Source: a virus (lineage: Duplodnaviria; Heunggongvirae; Uroviricota; Caudoviricetes). Taken from it: a stretch of 64,000 bases of DNA. The position numbers and the translations under genes were made by a program. Below the pieces are notes generated by a model. It did not search any database, was not told the origin of the DNA, and saw only the letters and a program-made list of their open reading frames with translations. Of this stretch, positions 36,471 through 45,919 are shown piece after piece. The DNA lies in the IMG/VR virus record IMGVR_UViG_3300021979_000001, positions 2,948-66,947 of that record; one strand, written 5' to 3'. Numbering within the stretch: the first letter of the stretch is position 1; each line of letters opens with the position of its first letter.

Positions 36471-36965
36471 TCAACTAAACTGGTATATAATATTATAGTC
36501 AACAATATCTTTTCGCGTAACGGTTTCCATATGGTCGCCGAACGCAGAAGCATATCGGGTAGCATCGTTTGAACTACCAATCATAAAATGCACCTCATAC
36601 CAGTAATCGGAGTCAAAATCATTTAAACTGTTTTTAATCATATTAGCGGTAAACGTTCCATTGCAGAATTCTTCGCACCATTCGAAACGTTGGATCAATG
36701 TGCCATAAATCGTGTCACGGTCACCCCGCAATATCACTTTGAACACATAGAACCGGTGCGGGAGCCAGTGCATCATGCTCTTTCCAAAATTGTCATATTT
36801 TCGGGTTTGGTAGGAAAGAAAGAACATGATTGGCATGAACAACCATACTAAGGTTGTGGTAACGGAGATAATATATCCACCGGCACAAAACAATAAAAGA
36901 TCGGTTACTACCACATTCATTGTTGGGTATGATAACGATAACATTTCACGTAATTTCATGTCCAA
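36471..36965 (-). CDS. 2-TM membrane protein, paralog family member 1
   Basis: Two TM helices, MHWLPHRFY, and IGSSNDATRYASAFG. Confidence 0.55.
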   Translation of the reverse strand: MDMKLREMLSLSYPTMNVVVTDLLLFCAGGYIISVTTTLVWLFMPIMFFLSYQTRKYDNFGKSMMHWLPHRFYVFKVILRGDRDTIYGTLIQRFEWCEEFCNGTFTANMIKNSLNDFDSDYWYEVHFMIGSSNDATRYASAFGDHMETVTRKDIVDYNIIYQFS

Positions 36966-37163
36966 CCCCCAAGTGTATTAAGATACGTGTTATATCACAT
37001 ATCACAGTTTTTTTGATAATTATAGAGAAAAAACCGTTATTCTGAAAAAAATCGACAACGATAATGATAAATAAATATAAGAACAGTGCCCAAGTGGCAC
37101 ATTTTCCGAGAAATCGGAAAGAAGATAAATAAACATACACACCCACTATGTGAGGAAAAAAAT

Positions 37164-37520
37164 ATGGTAGAAAAAGTTAACGGGCACTTTGTCCCAGGTG
37201 AAACACTGTCCAGCGACAATGAATTTTTCGAAATTCGCACTTCGGTTAATATTCTGGTGCATTCCGGTTCGACTGGTAGTGATACAACACAGAAAGCACT
37301 TGATAAACTCGTTGAAGTGATTTCGCTTCGTGGTCAGCCAGTTATTGCTGGTTCCCCTTATCTTGATAGCGAAGACAGCAAATATGTGTTTAAGTTTACA
37401 ACTGAACATGCTGGTTCGTGGGATGCGACACCGACATTGCTTGAAAGCATTGTTGAACATGCTGGTTCACACGGCTTTGCTGCAAACAACACAACTGTTT
37501 CATCTTCTGACCTGATCTAA
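37164..37520 (+). CDS. hypothetical protein
   Basis: GAGGA SD 7 nt upstream of the ATG and a strong terminator downstream; 118 aa. Confidence 0.6.
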   Translation: MVEKVNGHFVPGETLSSDNEFFEIRTSVNILVHSGSTGSDTTQKALDKLVEVISLRGQPVIAGSPYLDSEDSKYVFKFTTEHAGSWDATPTLLESIVEHAGSHGFAANNTTVSSSDLI

Positions 37521-37554
37521 TATTATCTGTTTCAGTGTCAATAAACTAAGTTTA

Positions 37555-37588
37555 AAGTGGTCCGACATAATAGTTGGACCACTTTTTT
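37555..37588 (+). terminator. Rho-independent terminator
   Basis: AAGTGGTCCGAC-ATAATA-GTTGGACCACTT followed by T6. Confidence 0.75.
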
Positions 37589-37632
37589 GTATTTGCATAA
37601 ATAATTAATATTGGTAAACGAGGACAACCATA

Positions 37633-37794
37633 ATGGAATTAGCCGAATTGTTTTTTGAATCCGCATCTAGTCAAAAGACGGTCTGGAAAAAACGTGGTGA
37701 AACTTTAACCAAATCAGTAAAAAAACAGGATAGTGATACTATTGATATTACATCATATGTGAAATTTGATTTACAGGATAACAATAATGAGTAA
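37633..37794 (+). CDS. hypothetical small protein (53 aa)
   Basis: GAGGA SD 8 nt upstream. Hand-translated as MELAELFFESASSQKTVWKKRGE. Its end overlaps the next gene's start. Confidence 0.4.
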   Translation: MELAELFFESASSQKTVWKKRGETLTKSVKKQDSDTIDITSYVKFDLQDNNNE

Positions 37795-38713
37795 AGATTA
37801 TACAAAAGATGAAAATTTTATTAAAACGTTATCAAATATTGTAAATGGCGATGCCGATAAAATTCAAGATGTATTGTCTAAAATGTCAGTTAATAGTCTT
37901 ATGGAACTGATTGATTCAGTGATAGTTAATGATCCAAAATCGGCGCGAGAACTATATCTTGATGCCACAAACAATCTTAAAACCGAAAGTATTAATGTTA
38001 TGCGTAGCAAAAAGCCGATTACTCAAAATAACTCACACAAAAAAACGTCAAAACGTAGCATGAATGAAAGTATTTTAGGCATGTCTAGCATGCCAAATCT
38101 TGATCGTTTGCGCAAATTGTCCGGTATGCGTGAAAGTGATTATGAAACTGATTTAGATGGTGACGTTGGTAATGATTTCGATAGTGACACTATTGATGCC
38201 ACTCCGATCCCAATGTCGGATAATAAACCATCTTTGCCGCCTGTTGATGATTATGAAAATACTGATTTTGATGATATGTTCCCGGTTGAAGAACCAAGTG
38301 CATTTGTGGATACCAGCAATGTCATTAGCGACGTTGAACAACTGATGGATCAACTTGAACAGAAAATTACATCAATTCCAGTTGGTGATTATAAAGCGGT
38401 CGTATCTAGATTGCGAGACATTCTTAATACTGCGGTTAATGTTGGTCGTGATAATCTTGTCGAAAATCGTAAATCACTCAAAGATGCCATGCACGAAAAT
38501 GATGACTCAATGTCAATTGGTAAAACGCGAACGGACGCGGTTAAATCTCTCCAAACGCGCATGGGTGATAAACCAGGTGATCGCCAGAAGGCAGAAAAAG
38601 CATTTGATAAACTGCGCAAAGATGGTGGTATAAGCATGAAAAATGGTGAATTTTCCATGAAAACCATGGGCGATGATGAATTTGACGCAGAAACATATAT
38701 TAACGATAAATAA
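37787..38713 (+). CDS. hypothetical acidic protein
   Basis: ORF 37766..38713; the first ATG gives MSKDYTKDE. Confidence 0.55.
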   Translation: MSKDYTKDENFIKTLSNIVNGDADKIQDVLSKMSVNSLMELIDSVIVNDPKSARELYLDATNNLKTESINVMRSKKPITQNNSHKKTSKRSMNESILGMSSMPNLDRLRKLSGMRESDYETDLDGDVGNDFDSDTIDATPIPMSDNKPSLPPVDDYENTDFDDMFPVEEPSAFVDTSNVISDVEQLMDQLEQKITSIPVGDYKAVVSRLRDILNTAVNVGRDNLVENRKSLKDAMHENDDSMSIGKTRTDAVKSLQTRMGDKPGDRQKAEKAFDKLRKDGGISMKNGEFSMKTMGDDEFDAETYINDK

Positions 38714-38744
38714 ATAAATAAAAAGAATACAATCGAATAAACTT

Positions 38745-38776
38745 AGTGGTGGCCGTTTTGGTCACCACTTTTTTTT
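38745..38776 (+). terminator. Rho-independent terminator
   Basis: AGTGGTGGCC-GTTTT-GGTCACCACT followed by T8. Confidence 0.75.
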
Positions 38777-38860
38777 GTTCTAATATGATTTCATTGATGA
38801 TTTAACCGGCAACTAATCCTGTTGCCCATCTGAATTACTGGGGGACAGACAATAAGTGAC

Positions 38861-39154
38861 TTACCCCGTATAAACACGTTCGCCCGTCTTAAAGTTGGTG
38901 TAGAATGGTTTCGTATTGTCGGCAATCAAGGATTTAACCTGATCCGCACAAAAATCACCAATTGGACGATTTGCAACTGACACCTTACGTAACCCTACCG
39001 CGAACACATCTATAATTGTGCCATCACTAAGGATTTCTACGTTATAACAACGTTCCTTGGATACATGCCCCATCTCACTATAAACCACCGCAAAACCACC
39101 AGTGGCATAAAATTTCGGGCGATATTCGGTGACGATGATATTTGGCGTCTTCAT
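38861..39154 (-). CDS. hypothetical protein
   Basis: ORF 38861..39226; the internal ATG giving MKTPNIIVTEY is preferred. Confidence 0.45.
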   Translation of the reverse strand: MKTPNIIVTEYRPKFYATGGFAVVYSEMGHVSKERCYNVEILSDGTIIDVFAVGLRKVSVANRPIGDFCADQVKSLIADNTKPFYTNFKTGERVYTG

Positions 39155-39405
39155 AATGTTACCCTTTCGTAAATCAGCATTTGTAATATACACCCACAAT
39201 ATAAAATAGTCAACCAAAATATACATAAAAATATATAAACTAACAAAACATAACGCTAAAATAAAAGGTCAAGTAAACATATACACCCTGGTCGCGTATA
39301 TAACTGATATGTGGGGATCAACCATAAAGATATTGCTTTTTATGTGCGGTATGATGGATGATTGTCATTCGATCATAAATAAGTAAACCGTGTAATATTG
39401 GTATT

Positions 39406-39636
39406 ATGACAATGAGATATTTTGAAATCGCTAGTGGTATACGCATTGCGGTATCTAAAGATGAACAAAATTTAATCGATATGGCGTCGAATGGCCCAGT
39501 TCGGGAAGATGATCTTGATGCGCATCAAGTGGAATTGGCACATCGCCTTACATCCCGCGATATTTTGGTTCGTGATGAAACGGACAATGCAACGACATTT
39601 AAACTCAATTCAATGGATGACGTTTGGAGATTTTGA
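39406..39636 (+). CDS. hypothetical protein
   Basis: 76-aa ORF whose stop lies 1 nt before the next ATG. Confidence 0.5.
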   Translation: MTMRYFEIASGIRIAVSKDEQNLIDMASNGPVREDDLDAHQVELAHRLTSRDILVRDETDNATTFKLNSMDDVWRF

Positions 39637-39637
39637 C

Positions 39638-40240
39638 ATGAACGACAATGAAATGGAACGATTCTTGCGGATCATCAATGGGGATATGTCGGTAAATACA
39701 TCCGAGGCAAAACCCACCAACCCCATTGGTGAAAATGATCCCGCATATATGCGTAATGATATGGTGCGTCTCATGTCTGGTCTTCGCGATGGTGTCCAGG
39801 AATTAAAGCAAGACGCGAAAACGGATCGCACCTTGCGCGAAGCCATCATCACGAAGCAAACAGATGCCGGTGTAAAAATTGGCGAATATGAAATCATTGT
39901 GCATGATGACGATGGACAAAAAAGTTTTGATGTCATGGAAAATGACACGTATTCGCTTATTGCGGCAGAAATGTCATTGTATGAAAGTGCCCATGCGATT
40001 GTTCGATTATTGAATTCTGGATTTTCAAAAAACTCGTCCAAAATAAACGAAATTGTATCACTTGATGAACAATATGGCCGGGGCCTGGCAGATGCCGTTA
40101 TTTGTCGGCATCGAGCAAAAAAGTTAAATGAAACCGGCCAATATGACCGAGCGGAAATTATGGAAATCCGATATGACTCCGCCAAAGTCCGGGCTTTAAC
40201 TGCACAAAATACTTTAGCACGATTAATCGAACGCATGTAA
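39638..40240 (+). CDS. hypothetical protein
   Basis: ATG at 39638 gives MNDNEMERFL. The longer track ORF 39491.. overlaps the upstream gene. Confidence 0.5.
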   Translation: MNDNEMERFLRIINGDMSVNTSEAKPTNPIGENDPAYMRNDMVRLMSGLRDGVQELKQDAKTDRTLREAIITKQTDAGVKIGEYEIIVHDDDGQKSFDVMENDTYSLIAAEMSLYESAHAIVRLLNSGFSKNSSKINEIVSLDEQYGRGLADAVICRHRAKKLNETGQYDRAEIMEIRYDSAKVRALTAQNTLARLIERM

Positions 40241-40296
40241 ACACATTTTTTTTCACATCAGTAAAGTAGTTGTATAAATATAGTTAACTAAAACTG

Positions 40297-40575
40297 ATGG
40301 GGCTTGAAATGACACATGCACTGGATATGCTGAATAAGCTACTAGAAACACGTTTTGACATCTGCATTGATTATGATGTAGACGAGTTTTATTTACGTGA
40401 AATGCGGAATCATTATCAAGACAAACGCGAAAAATTGCTATACGAAATTGGCGAACCCGCAATTCTTGATGAAGATTACGCTAAAGCATCTATTGTCGTT
40501 GAAGCCATTAGAGTATACTTACGTGAAATTGCACCGACACGTCGAAACAAAAGACGTTCTCGTAAAAGGAAATAA
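40297..40575 (+). CDS. hypothetical protein with basic tail
   Basis: 92-aa ORF ending RRNKRRSRKRK. Confidence 0.5.
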   Translation: MGLEMTHALDMLNKLLETRFDICIDYDVDEFYLREMRNHYQDKREKLLYEIGEPAILDEDYAKASIVVEAIRVYLREIAPTRRNKRRSRKRK

Positions 40576-40576
40576 T

Positions 40577-41503
40577 ATGTCTAAAAAAATCAAAGAAAGT
40601 GTTCGCTTCTTGATCGAAAGCGATCTTGATAGAGCCGAAGTTGTATTGGCCGCACAAGCGATGACCGATAAATTGCAAGATATGGCCGAAGACTTGGCGA
40701 AGATTGAAGCCAATGATTTGATGCCGATTCTGGACCCAATAAAGGAACAGTTCGGACCAGATGTTGCAACACGGTTCAATGATATTTCAACACAAAAACT
40801 GCGTGATGTAATTGAAATTCTTAAATCAGCAAAAGATTCCATATCAACGGAAATCATGCGAATGGAAGGGTCTATTGATGGCGATCCATTAAATGACATG
40901 AGTTTTGATGATACTGATACTGACAATACCGACAATACCGACAATATGACCGATATGGATGATACTGAAACCGGTGAGTTACCCGACGTTGATGATACCA
41001 GCGGAGAACCGGCACTAGATGGTGAACAGTCTGATGACATCAATGATCTTTTAAATGACATCAATGATGAATTGGATGACAATAATAATTCAGCAGGGCG
41101 GGCAAGAAAAGAAAGCATCGCATCTGGTGCAAACGCATTAATGGAATCAAAAAATCCAGATCGTTTGATTTACAATACCTTTTGCAAAAATATCGGAAAA
41201 GGGCGTTCAACTATTCAGATTATTGAAAGTGTTTCGCGTTATTTTGGTATTGATTCACGAGATGTTGTGCAAATTGTCAAAGAAGAAACAGAAAACAAAA
41301 AAAATGAAGATGGTAGCAACAAACAAAAATTAACATATGAAGATTGGATTTCCCAAGTAAATAAAATTGCAAAGACCAGATATGGGGTTGTCCCAGAAAA
41401 AGGTGAATACGGAATTTCAATGCTAAAATCGTATAATCATTTGATGTCGCCAACAGAATATGTTGACTGGTGGAATAATTTCGAAGACCTTGACCAACTT
41501 TGA
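40577..41503 (+). CDS. hypothetical acidic protein
   Basis: AAGGA SD before the ATG giving MSKKIKESV; contains a D/T/N-rich acidic middle region. Confidence 0.55.
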   Translation: MSKKIKESVRFLIESDLDRAEVVLAAQAMTDKLQDMAEDLAKIEANDLMPILDPIKEQFGPDVATRFNDISTQKLRDVIEILKSAKDSISTEIMRMEGSIDGDPLNDMSFDDTDTDNTDNTDNMTDMDDTETGELPDVDDTSGEPALDGEQSDDINDLLNDINDELDDNNNSAGRARKESIASGANALMESKNPDRLIYNTFCKNIGKGRSTIQIIESVSRYFGIDSRDVVQIVKEETENKKNEDGSNKQKLTYEDWISQVNKIAKTRYGVVPEKGEYGISMLKSYNHLMSPTEYVDWWNNFEDLDQL

Positions 41504-41511
41504 TTTTGGGA

Positions 41512-41538
41512 AATGGGTGGGTTAACAACCCACCCATT
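41512..41538 (+). terminator. Hairpin, a possible terminator with a weak U-tract
   Basis: AATGGGTGGGTT-AAC-AACCCACCCATT, a 12-bp perfect stem. Confidence 0.4.
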
Positions 41539-41547
41539 ATTAATAAT

Positions 41548-41922
41548 ATGAAGTTAACCGATTTATTTGAAGATGATACTCACGATGTGACTGAAAATAT
41601 TATGAATGACCTAATGGATATTTTAACGCCATTGGTTGCACATGATATACCATACATCACAATACAACAGATCATTGATAAAATTGATGATTTAGATAGT
41701 GGCGTTGTCGTTGATCGCAATTTAGTCATGACACTGCTTGATCCTAATTATATCAAACTGATTAAAAAAATAGAAGGGGACAAAATTTATTTGACAACCC
41801 CGATGCCTGCGGCCCGATCTGTATCTGACAAGGATAAGGACAAGGAAACAAAAAAAATGAAGAAAACCGCAAAATCACAGGCGCAAAAATCAATAAAAAA
41901 CAGCGGTCCAGGTAAGCTATAA
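41548..41922 (+). CDS. hypothetical protein
   Basis: ATG gives MKLTDLFEDD; Lys-rich tail. Confidence 0.5.
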   Translation: MKLTDLFEDDTHDVTENIMNDLMDILTPLVAHDIPYITIQQIIDKIDDLDSGVVVDRNLVMTLLDPNYIKLIKKIEGDKIYLTTPMPAARSVSDKDKDKETKKMKKTAKSQAQKSIKNSGPGKL

Positions 41923-42016
41923 TTTTTTCGTGCAAACACACAGTTTAATTTAGGTCTACGTCACCCCCCTATGTTAAATTAATATGGTAAACAAAAATTA
42001 ATTGTGTGGATTGCTC

Positions 42017-42700
42017 ATGTTTCTTAATTATAAGTTTAACTACCCATCTTTGCAAAGAGTTACCCACGCCAGCGGCGAACGGTATTATGTATGTCCATTG
42101 ACCGGTAGTCCATTGACCTCGGTTACAACCATCCTGTCAGCTACCGACGAAAATAAAGAGGCACTTGCTAACTGGCGAAAATTTGTTGGTGATGCAAAAG
42201 CAGATCGGGTCATCACCGAAGCCAGGAATAAGGGTAGTTTGATGCACGAAGACCTTGAACTGTTCGTGCAAGGGAAGCCAAGATCAACCGGCACAAACCT
42301 GATTCACAAAATGGCACGCAATATGGCAAACGGCATCATCAATGATTGTCTTTGTGATGTTGATGAAGTATGGGGATTAGAAGTCCCGTTATATTATCCA
42401 CAACTATATGCAGGGACAACCGATTTGGTTGGTGTTTATAAAGGCAAAGACGCCATTATGGATTACAAAACAACCAAGAAAATGAAGACAAAAAGCCAAA
42501 TCACTAATTATTTTTGCCAGGGTGTGGCTTATGCTATTGCACACAATCTTCATTTTGAAACGAATATATCAACTGTTGCTATCTTCATGGTTGATTCCAA
42601 TAACTTCGCAACAACATTCGAGATTACTGGTAGTGAGTTTGAACATTATGCAGAAATTTTTCTTAAAAAGCTAAATCAGTTTGGTGTTCTGGTAGACTAA
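42017..42700 (+). CDS. PD-(D/E)XK (RecB/Cas4-like) exonuclease
   Basis: GTTDLVG...IMDYKTTKK (D...D-x-K) and QGVAY (QxxxY). Confidence 0.5.
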   Translation: MFLNYKFNYPSLQRVTHASGERYYVCPLTGSPLTSVTTILSATDENKEALANWRKFVGDAKADRVITEARNKGSLMHEDLELFVQGKPRSTGTNLIHKMARNMANGIINDCLCDVDEVWGLEVPLYYPQLYAGTTDLVGVYKGKDAIMDYKTTKKMKTKSQITNYFCQGVAYAIAHNLHFETNISTVAIFMVDSNNFATTFEITGSEFEHYAEIFLKKLNQFGVLVD

Positions 42701-42732
42701 ATAAACAGTAACAATAACAATCGGTTGATCAT

Positions 42733-43434
42733 ATGGCAGAAATAATCATTAGTAAAATTCAGTTGAGGAAAGGATCAGAGTTAGATTTACCTGGTGCCCC
42801 GACTAATATCGATCCAATTGAATTTTCAGATGGCCTTGATGTGGCAGAACTCGCCTTCACGTCAGATAGTGGGAGATTGTTCATTGGGCATGATCCCGAA
42901 CAAGGACAACCTAATTTTGAACGCAATGTTTTTCCTTATCAAAACATTGAAGTATTGACGGAAAACAGTCAACAAACCTTACAAAATATGGTCAATGTGT
43001 TTAATCGCAAAACAACACAGGATTCATTTTATGTCACCGATTTAAGTATTAGTTCTGATCCAGAAAATGGATATATTAATGTTGCATATAATGGTGCCAT
43101 CACGATTTTTGAGGATGCAGATCGGGTATCTGTTATGATAGAATATTTTATCACTACGATGTCTGGCCTACCATTCCGTCATGGTAAATTATCAATCATG
43201 CATGATGGTTCAACCAATGAACCACAAATTCACGATGATTATAATGATTTTCGATCAATGGATGGTGATATTGATGATGGTGTTTTATATGCAGATGAAA
43301 TTTATGGTCATTCCTTTAGATTTCGATCACAATATGATACCAATAGTTCAACGCCGTATGTTACTTTTGAATACCTGAATAATTCGGGCGAACCTCTCAA
43401 AATGGCATATCGTATAACTCATGTAATTTTATAA
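42733..43434 (+). CDS. hypothetical protein, possibly structural
   Basis: N-terminal IQLRKGSELDLPG...AELAFTSDSGRLFIGH resembles the QLRRG...GE...D...IGDG motif of phage fibre and hyaluronidase N-termini. The match is weak. Confidence 0.45.
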   Translation: MAEIIISKIQLRKGSELDLPGAPTNIDPIEFSDGLDVAELAFTSDSGRLFIGHDPEQGQPNFERNVFPYQNIEVLTENSQQTLQNMVNVFNRKTTQDSFYVTDLSISSDPENGYINVAYNGAITIFEDADRVSVMIEYFITTMSGLPFRHGKLSIMHDGSTNEPQIHDDYNDFRSMDGDIDDGVLYADEIYGHSFRFRSQYDTNSSTPYVTFEYLNNSGEPLKMAYRITHVIL

Positions 43435-43456
43435 CTCTTTAGTCTATAGGTGTTCT

Positions 43457-43900
43457 ATGAATCCCTTTTTACTCTCGTCCGCTGCACGCCTGGCGGACTG
43501 GAAACAATTTCGTATTGCCTTATCAAATTTCCCAGAAAATGAACAGCTTGAAAAAGTTGCTGCATATTGGTCTGATGCCCCTTTACTGGTGATAGCATGT
43601 GACCCTGAAACACCCGAAAATTGGTTGACGCCATGGGAAATGATTTCCCAAAATGAATGGTGTCGCAAATCGATTGCAATTGGAATGGAATTCACTTTGC
43701 GCCTTGCTGGGTGGGATTCTAGCCGTATGCAATTGAAAATGATACGAGATTACGAAGTATCCGATTTCTTACTTGTTTTAGAAATTGACGGTAAAGTATG
43801 GTTAAACTATAATTACGGCAACGTGTCGCAAATACCATCATCACATTTTGATGAAGTTACAAAAATTCAGTTTGAAAAGAGAAAATATGTGAAATTGTAA
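43457..43900 (+). CDS. hypothetical protein
   Basis: AGGTG SD; 147-aa ORF. Confidence 0.5.
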   Translation: MNPFLLSSAARLADWKQFRIALSNFPENEQLEKVAAYWSDAPLLVIACDPETPENWLTPWEMISQNEWCRKSIAIGMEFTLRLAGWDSSRMQLKMIRDYEVSDFLLVLEIDGKVWLNYNYGNVSQIPSSHFDEVTKIQFEKRKYVKL

Positions 43901-43954
43901 AGCTAAATAACTGTCCCAAATAATAGAAATAGAATGGTAATTAAGGATATATCT

Positions 43955-45673
43955 ATGCAAGTTAAGAAACGAAATGGTTCAATGGAGCCAGTAAATCTCG
44001 ATAAAATTGTTAAATCCATTGAAGCGGTAGCAACGGGCCTGGACGGGGTTGATGTTTTCCGAATCGCGCAGAAAACCGTTGGTGGACTAGTTCATGGTGT
44101 TACCACACGTGAACTCGATATGTTTTCAATTCGAAACGCGGCTGGGTTGATTATCGAAGACCCCGTATATTCCAAAGTCGCGGCCAGAATCATGCATAAC
44201 GTCATTTCCAAAGAAGTATCAGGACAAGATATTCAATCTTTTTCACAATCAATCAGTCTTGGTTACGAAATGGGGTTGATTGATGAACAAACATATAATC
44301 TGGTTATGAATAATAAACGCAAGTTAAATGCGTCTATTAAAACCGAACGTAGTGATTTATTTGAATTTCACGGAATCATCACTGTTTATGATAGATACCT
44401 GTTGAAGCATCGTGATTTGATGGCTGGCTCTGGGACGGATCGTCGTCGGGCAGTAATTGAAACCCCGCAATATTTCTTCATGCGTGTCGCTTGTGGTTTG
44501 GCGAATGATGCGAAAGAAGCAGTTGAACTGTATAATCTGGTATCATCGCTTGAATATATGACATCAACACCGACATTGTTTAATTCCGGGACATCACATA
44601 CGCAAATGTCGTCCTGCTATCTGCTTGATAGCCCGAACGATGATTTGCAGGATATTTATAAACGATATTCGGATATTGCCTCCCTATCAAAATTTGCGGG
44701 TGGCATTGGTGTGTCTGCTAGTCGCATTCGGTCTAAAGGTTCCCCCATTAAGGGCACAAACGGTCGTTCAAACGGTATCATTCCATGGTTACACACCCTG
44801 TCTGGATCAGTTGGGGCAGTCAACCAGGGCGGCAAGCGCAAAGGTGCTGCATGTGTTTATCTTGAACCACACCATGCTGATGTAATGCAGTTTTTGGAAT
44901 TGCGTGACCAGACGGGTGAAAAAGAACGTCGTGCCTATAACCTTAACATTGCAAATTGGGTATCTGATTTGTTTATGTCACGCGTCAAGAATGATGAAAT
45001 TTGGTCATTGTTTGATCCGGCTGATGTTCCAGAACTGGTTGATCTTTATGGTGATGAATATACCAAACGGTATCTTGAACTTGAAGAACAGGGAAAATTT
45101 GTTGAACAGATTAGCGCACGAAAAATTTATGCGCGAATGATGCGCACCCTGGCAGAAACCGGTAATGGTTGGATGTGCTTTAAAGATACATCCAATAATC
45201 GCGGGAATCAGGTGGGCGAGGGACGCTCGATCAAGCTGTCAAACCTTTGTTTTGCCCCAGATACCATCATTCATGCAAAACTGGGTGATAAGGTAATGGA
45301 CATTGAAATCAAGGCATTAAGTGATTATTTCAGCGTTGGTATTCCGGTTCAGGTTTGGTCGTTCAACGAAGAAACACACGAAATGGAATGGAAAAATGTG
45401 GTGAATGCCGGATTGACCAATCCTGATGCGGAATTGATGGAAATCGAAACACCATCCGGTAAAATAATTCGTTGCACGGAAGATCACCCCATGCTGACTG
45501 AACGCGGGTGGGTTAATGCTGGCGATCTAACCGAAGACGACTCTCTTGTTGAAGTTGATACCACGCAAGAAGTGCATAAATTCGAACATTGGAATAAAGA
45601 TAAACACATGGTAACCGAAATTATCATGGATCATCTTTATTCCAAAAATAAAAAAACCAGCGTCATTATGTAA
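43955..45673 (+). CDS. nrdA: Ribonucleotide reductase class Ia alpha subunit, N-terminal fragment fused to an N-intein
   Basis: GGGIGVSASRIRSKGSPIKGTNGRSNG, then ...KLSNL followed by CFAPDT (intein block A) and TEDH (block B). A stop lies at 45671-45673. The alternative start is at 43934. Confidence 0.85.
   Translation: MQVKKRNGSMEPVNLDKIVKSIEAVATGLDGVDVFRIAQKTVGGLVHGVTTRELDMFSIRNAAGLIIEDPVYSKVAARIMHNVISKEVSGQDIQSFSQSISLGYEMGLIDEQTYNLVMNNKRKLNASIKTERSDLFEFHGIITVYDRYLLKHRDLMAGSGTDRRRAVIETPQYFFMRVACGLANDAKEAVELYNLVSSLEYMTSTPTLFNSGTSHTQMSSCYLLDSPNDDLQDIYKRYSDIASLSKFAGGIGVSASRIRSKGSPIKGTNGRSNGIIPWLHTLSGSVGAVNQGGKRKGAACVYLEPHHADVMQFLELRDQTGEKERRAYNLNIANWVSDLFMSRVKNDEIWSLFDPADVPELVDLYGDEYTKRYLELEEQGKFVEQISARKIYARMMRTLAETGNGWMCFKDTSNNRGNQVGEGRSIKLSNLCFAPDTIIHAKLGDKVMDIEIKALSDYFSVGIPVQVWSFNEETHEMEWKNVVNAGLTNPDAELMEIETPSGKIIRCTEDHPMLTERGWVNAGDLTEDDSLVEVDTTQEVHKFEHWNKDKHMVTEIIMDHLYSKNKKTSVIM
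45248..45670 (+). other. Split intein, N-terminal half (IntN, 141 aa including about 40 aa of tail)
   Basis: It begins at the Cys codon directly after SNL. The extein motif SNLCTEI is interrupted at this point. Confidence 0.75.
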
Positions 45674-45817
45674 GTATTGTGGTAAAAATCCGGTAGGTCG
45701 TAATAAAACATCATATCGAAAATGTTGCGACCTGCCGGAATTTAAATGAAATATACAACTATGAAGTTAAATGTGCAAATGATGTTTCATTTGAACATAT
45801 ATGAAAGGCTAAAATAA

Positions 45818-45919
45818 ATGGCATTAAAAATTCGTCGCACCGGAGAAAGAAGTCCGGTATATGATTTGCATGTTGCAGATAATCACACGTTCGTAGCGGA
45901 TGGTCATATTGTCCATAAT
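45818..45919 (+). other. Split intein, C-terminal half (IntC, 34 aa)
   Basis: MALKIRRTGERSPVYDLHVADNHTFVADGHIVHN followed by the +1 Cys (CTEILEV). It resembles DnaE-type IntC in length and in its VYD..V...H.F.A..G.I..N pattern. Confidence 0.75.

Noticed and set aside
39610-41118. Long antisense ORFs 39610..40236 and 40519..41118. The same applies to 32941..33501, 57506..58204 and 19913..20422.
   Set aside because: Each lies entirely opposite a better-supported gene, judged by motifs, SD boxes and operon packing. Their low-complexity Ser- and Leu-rich composition is typical of antisense frames.
45674-45817. A free-standing homing endonuclease between the intein halves, as seen in some fractured genes
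   Set aside because: The gap is only 144 nt with no ORF. It contains two hairpins and the SD box of the downstream half.
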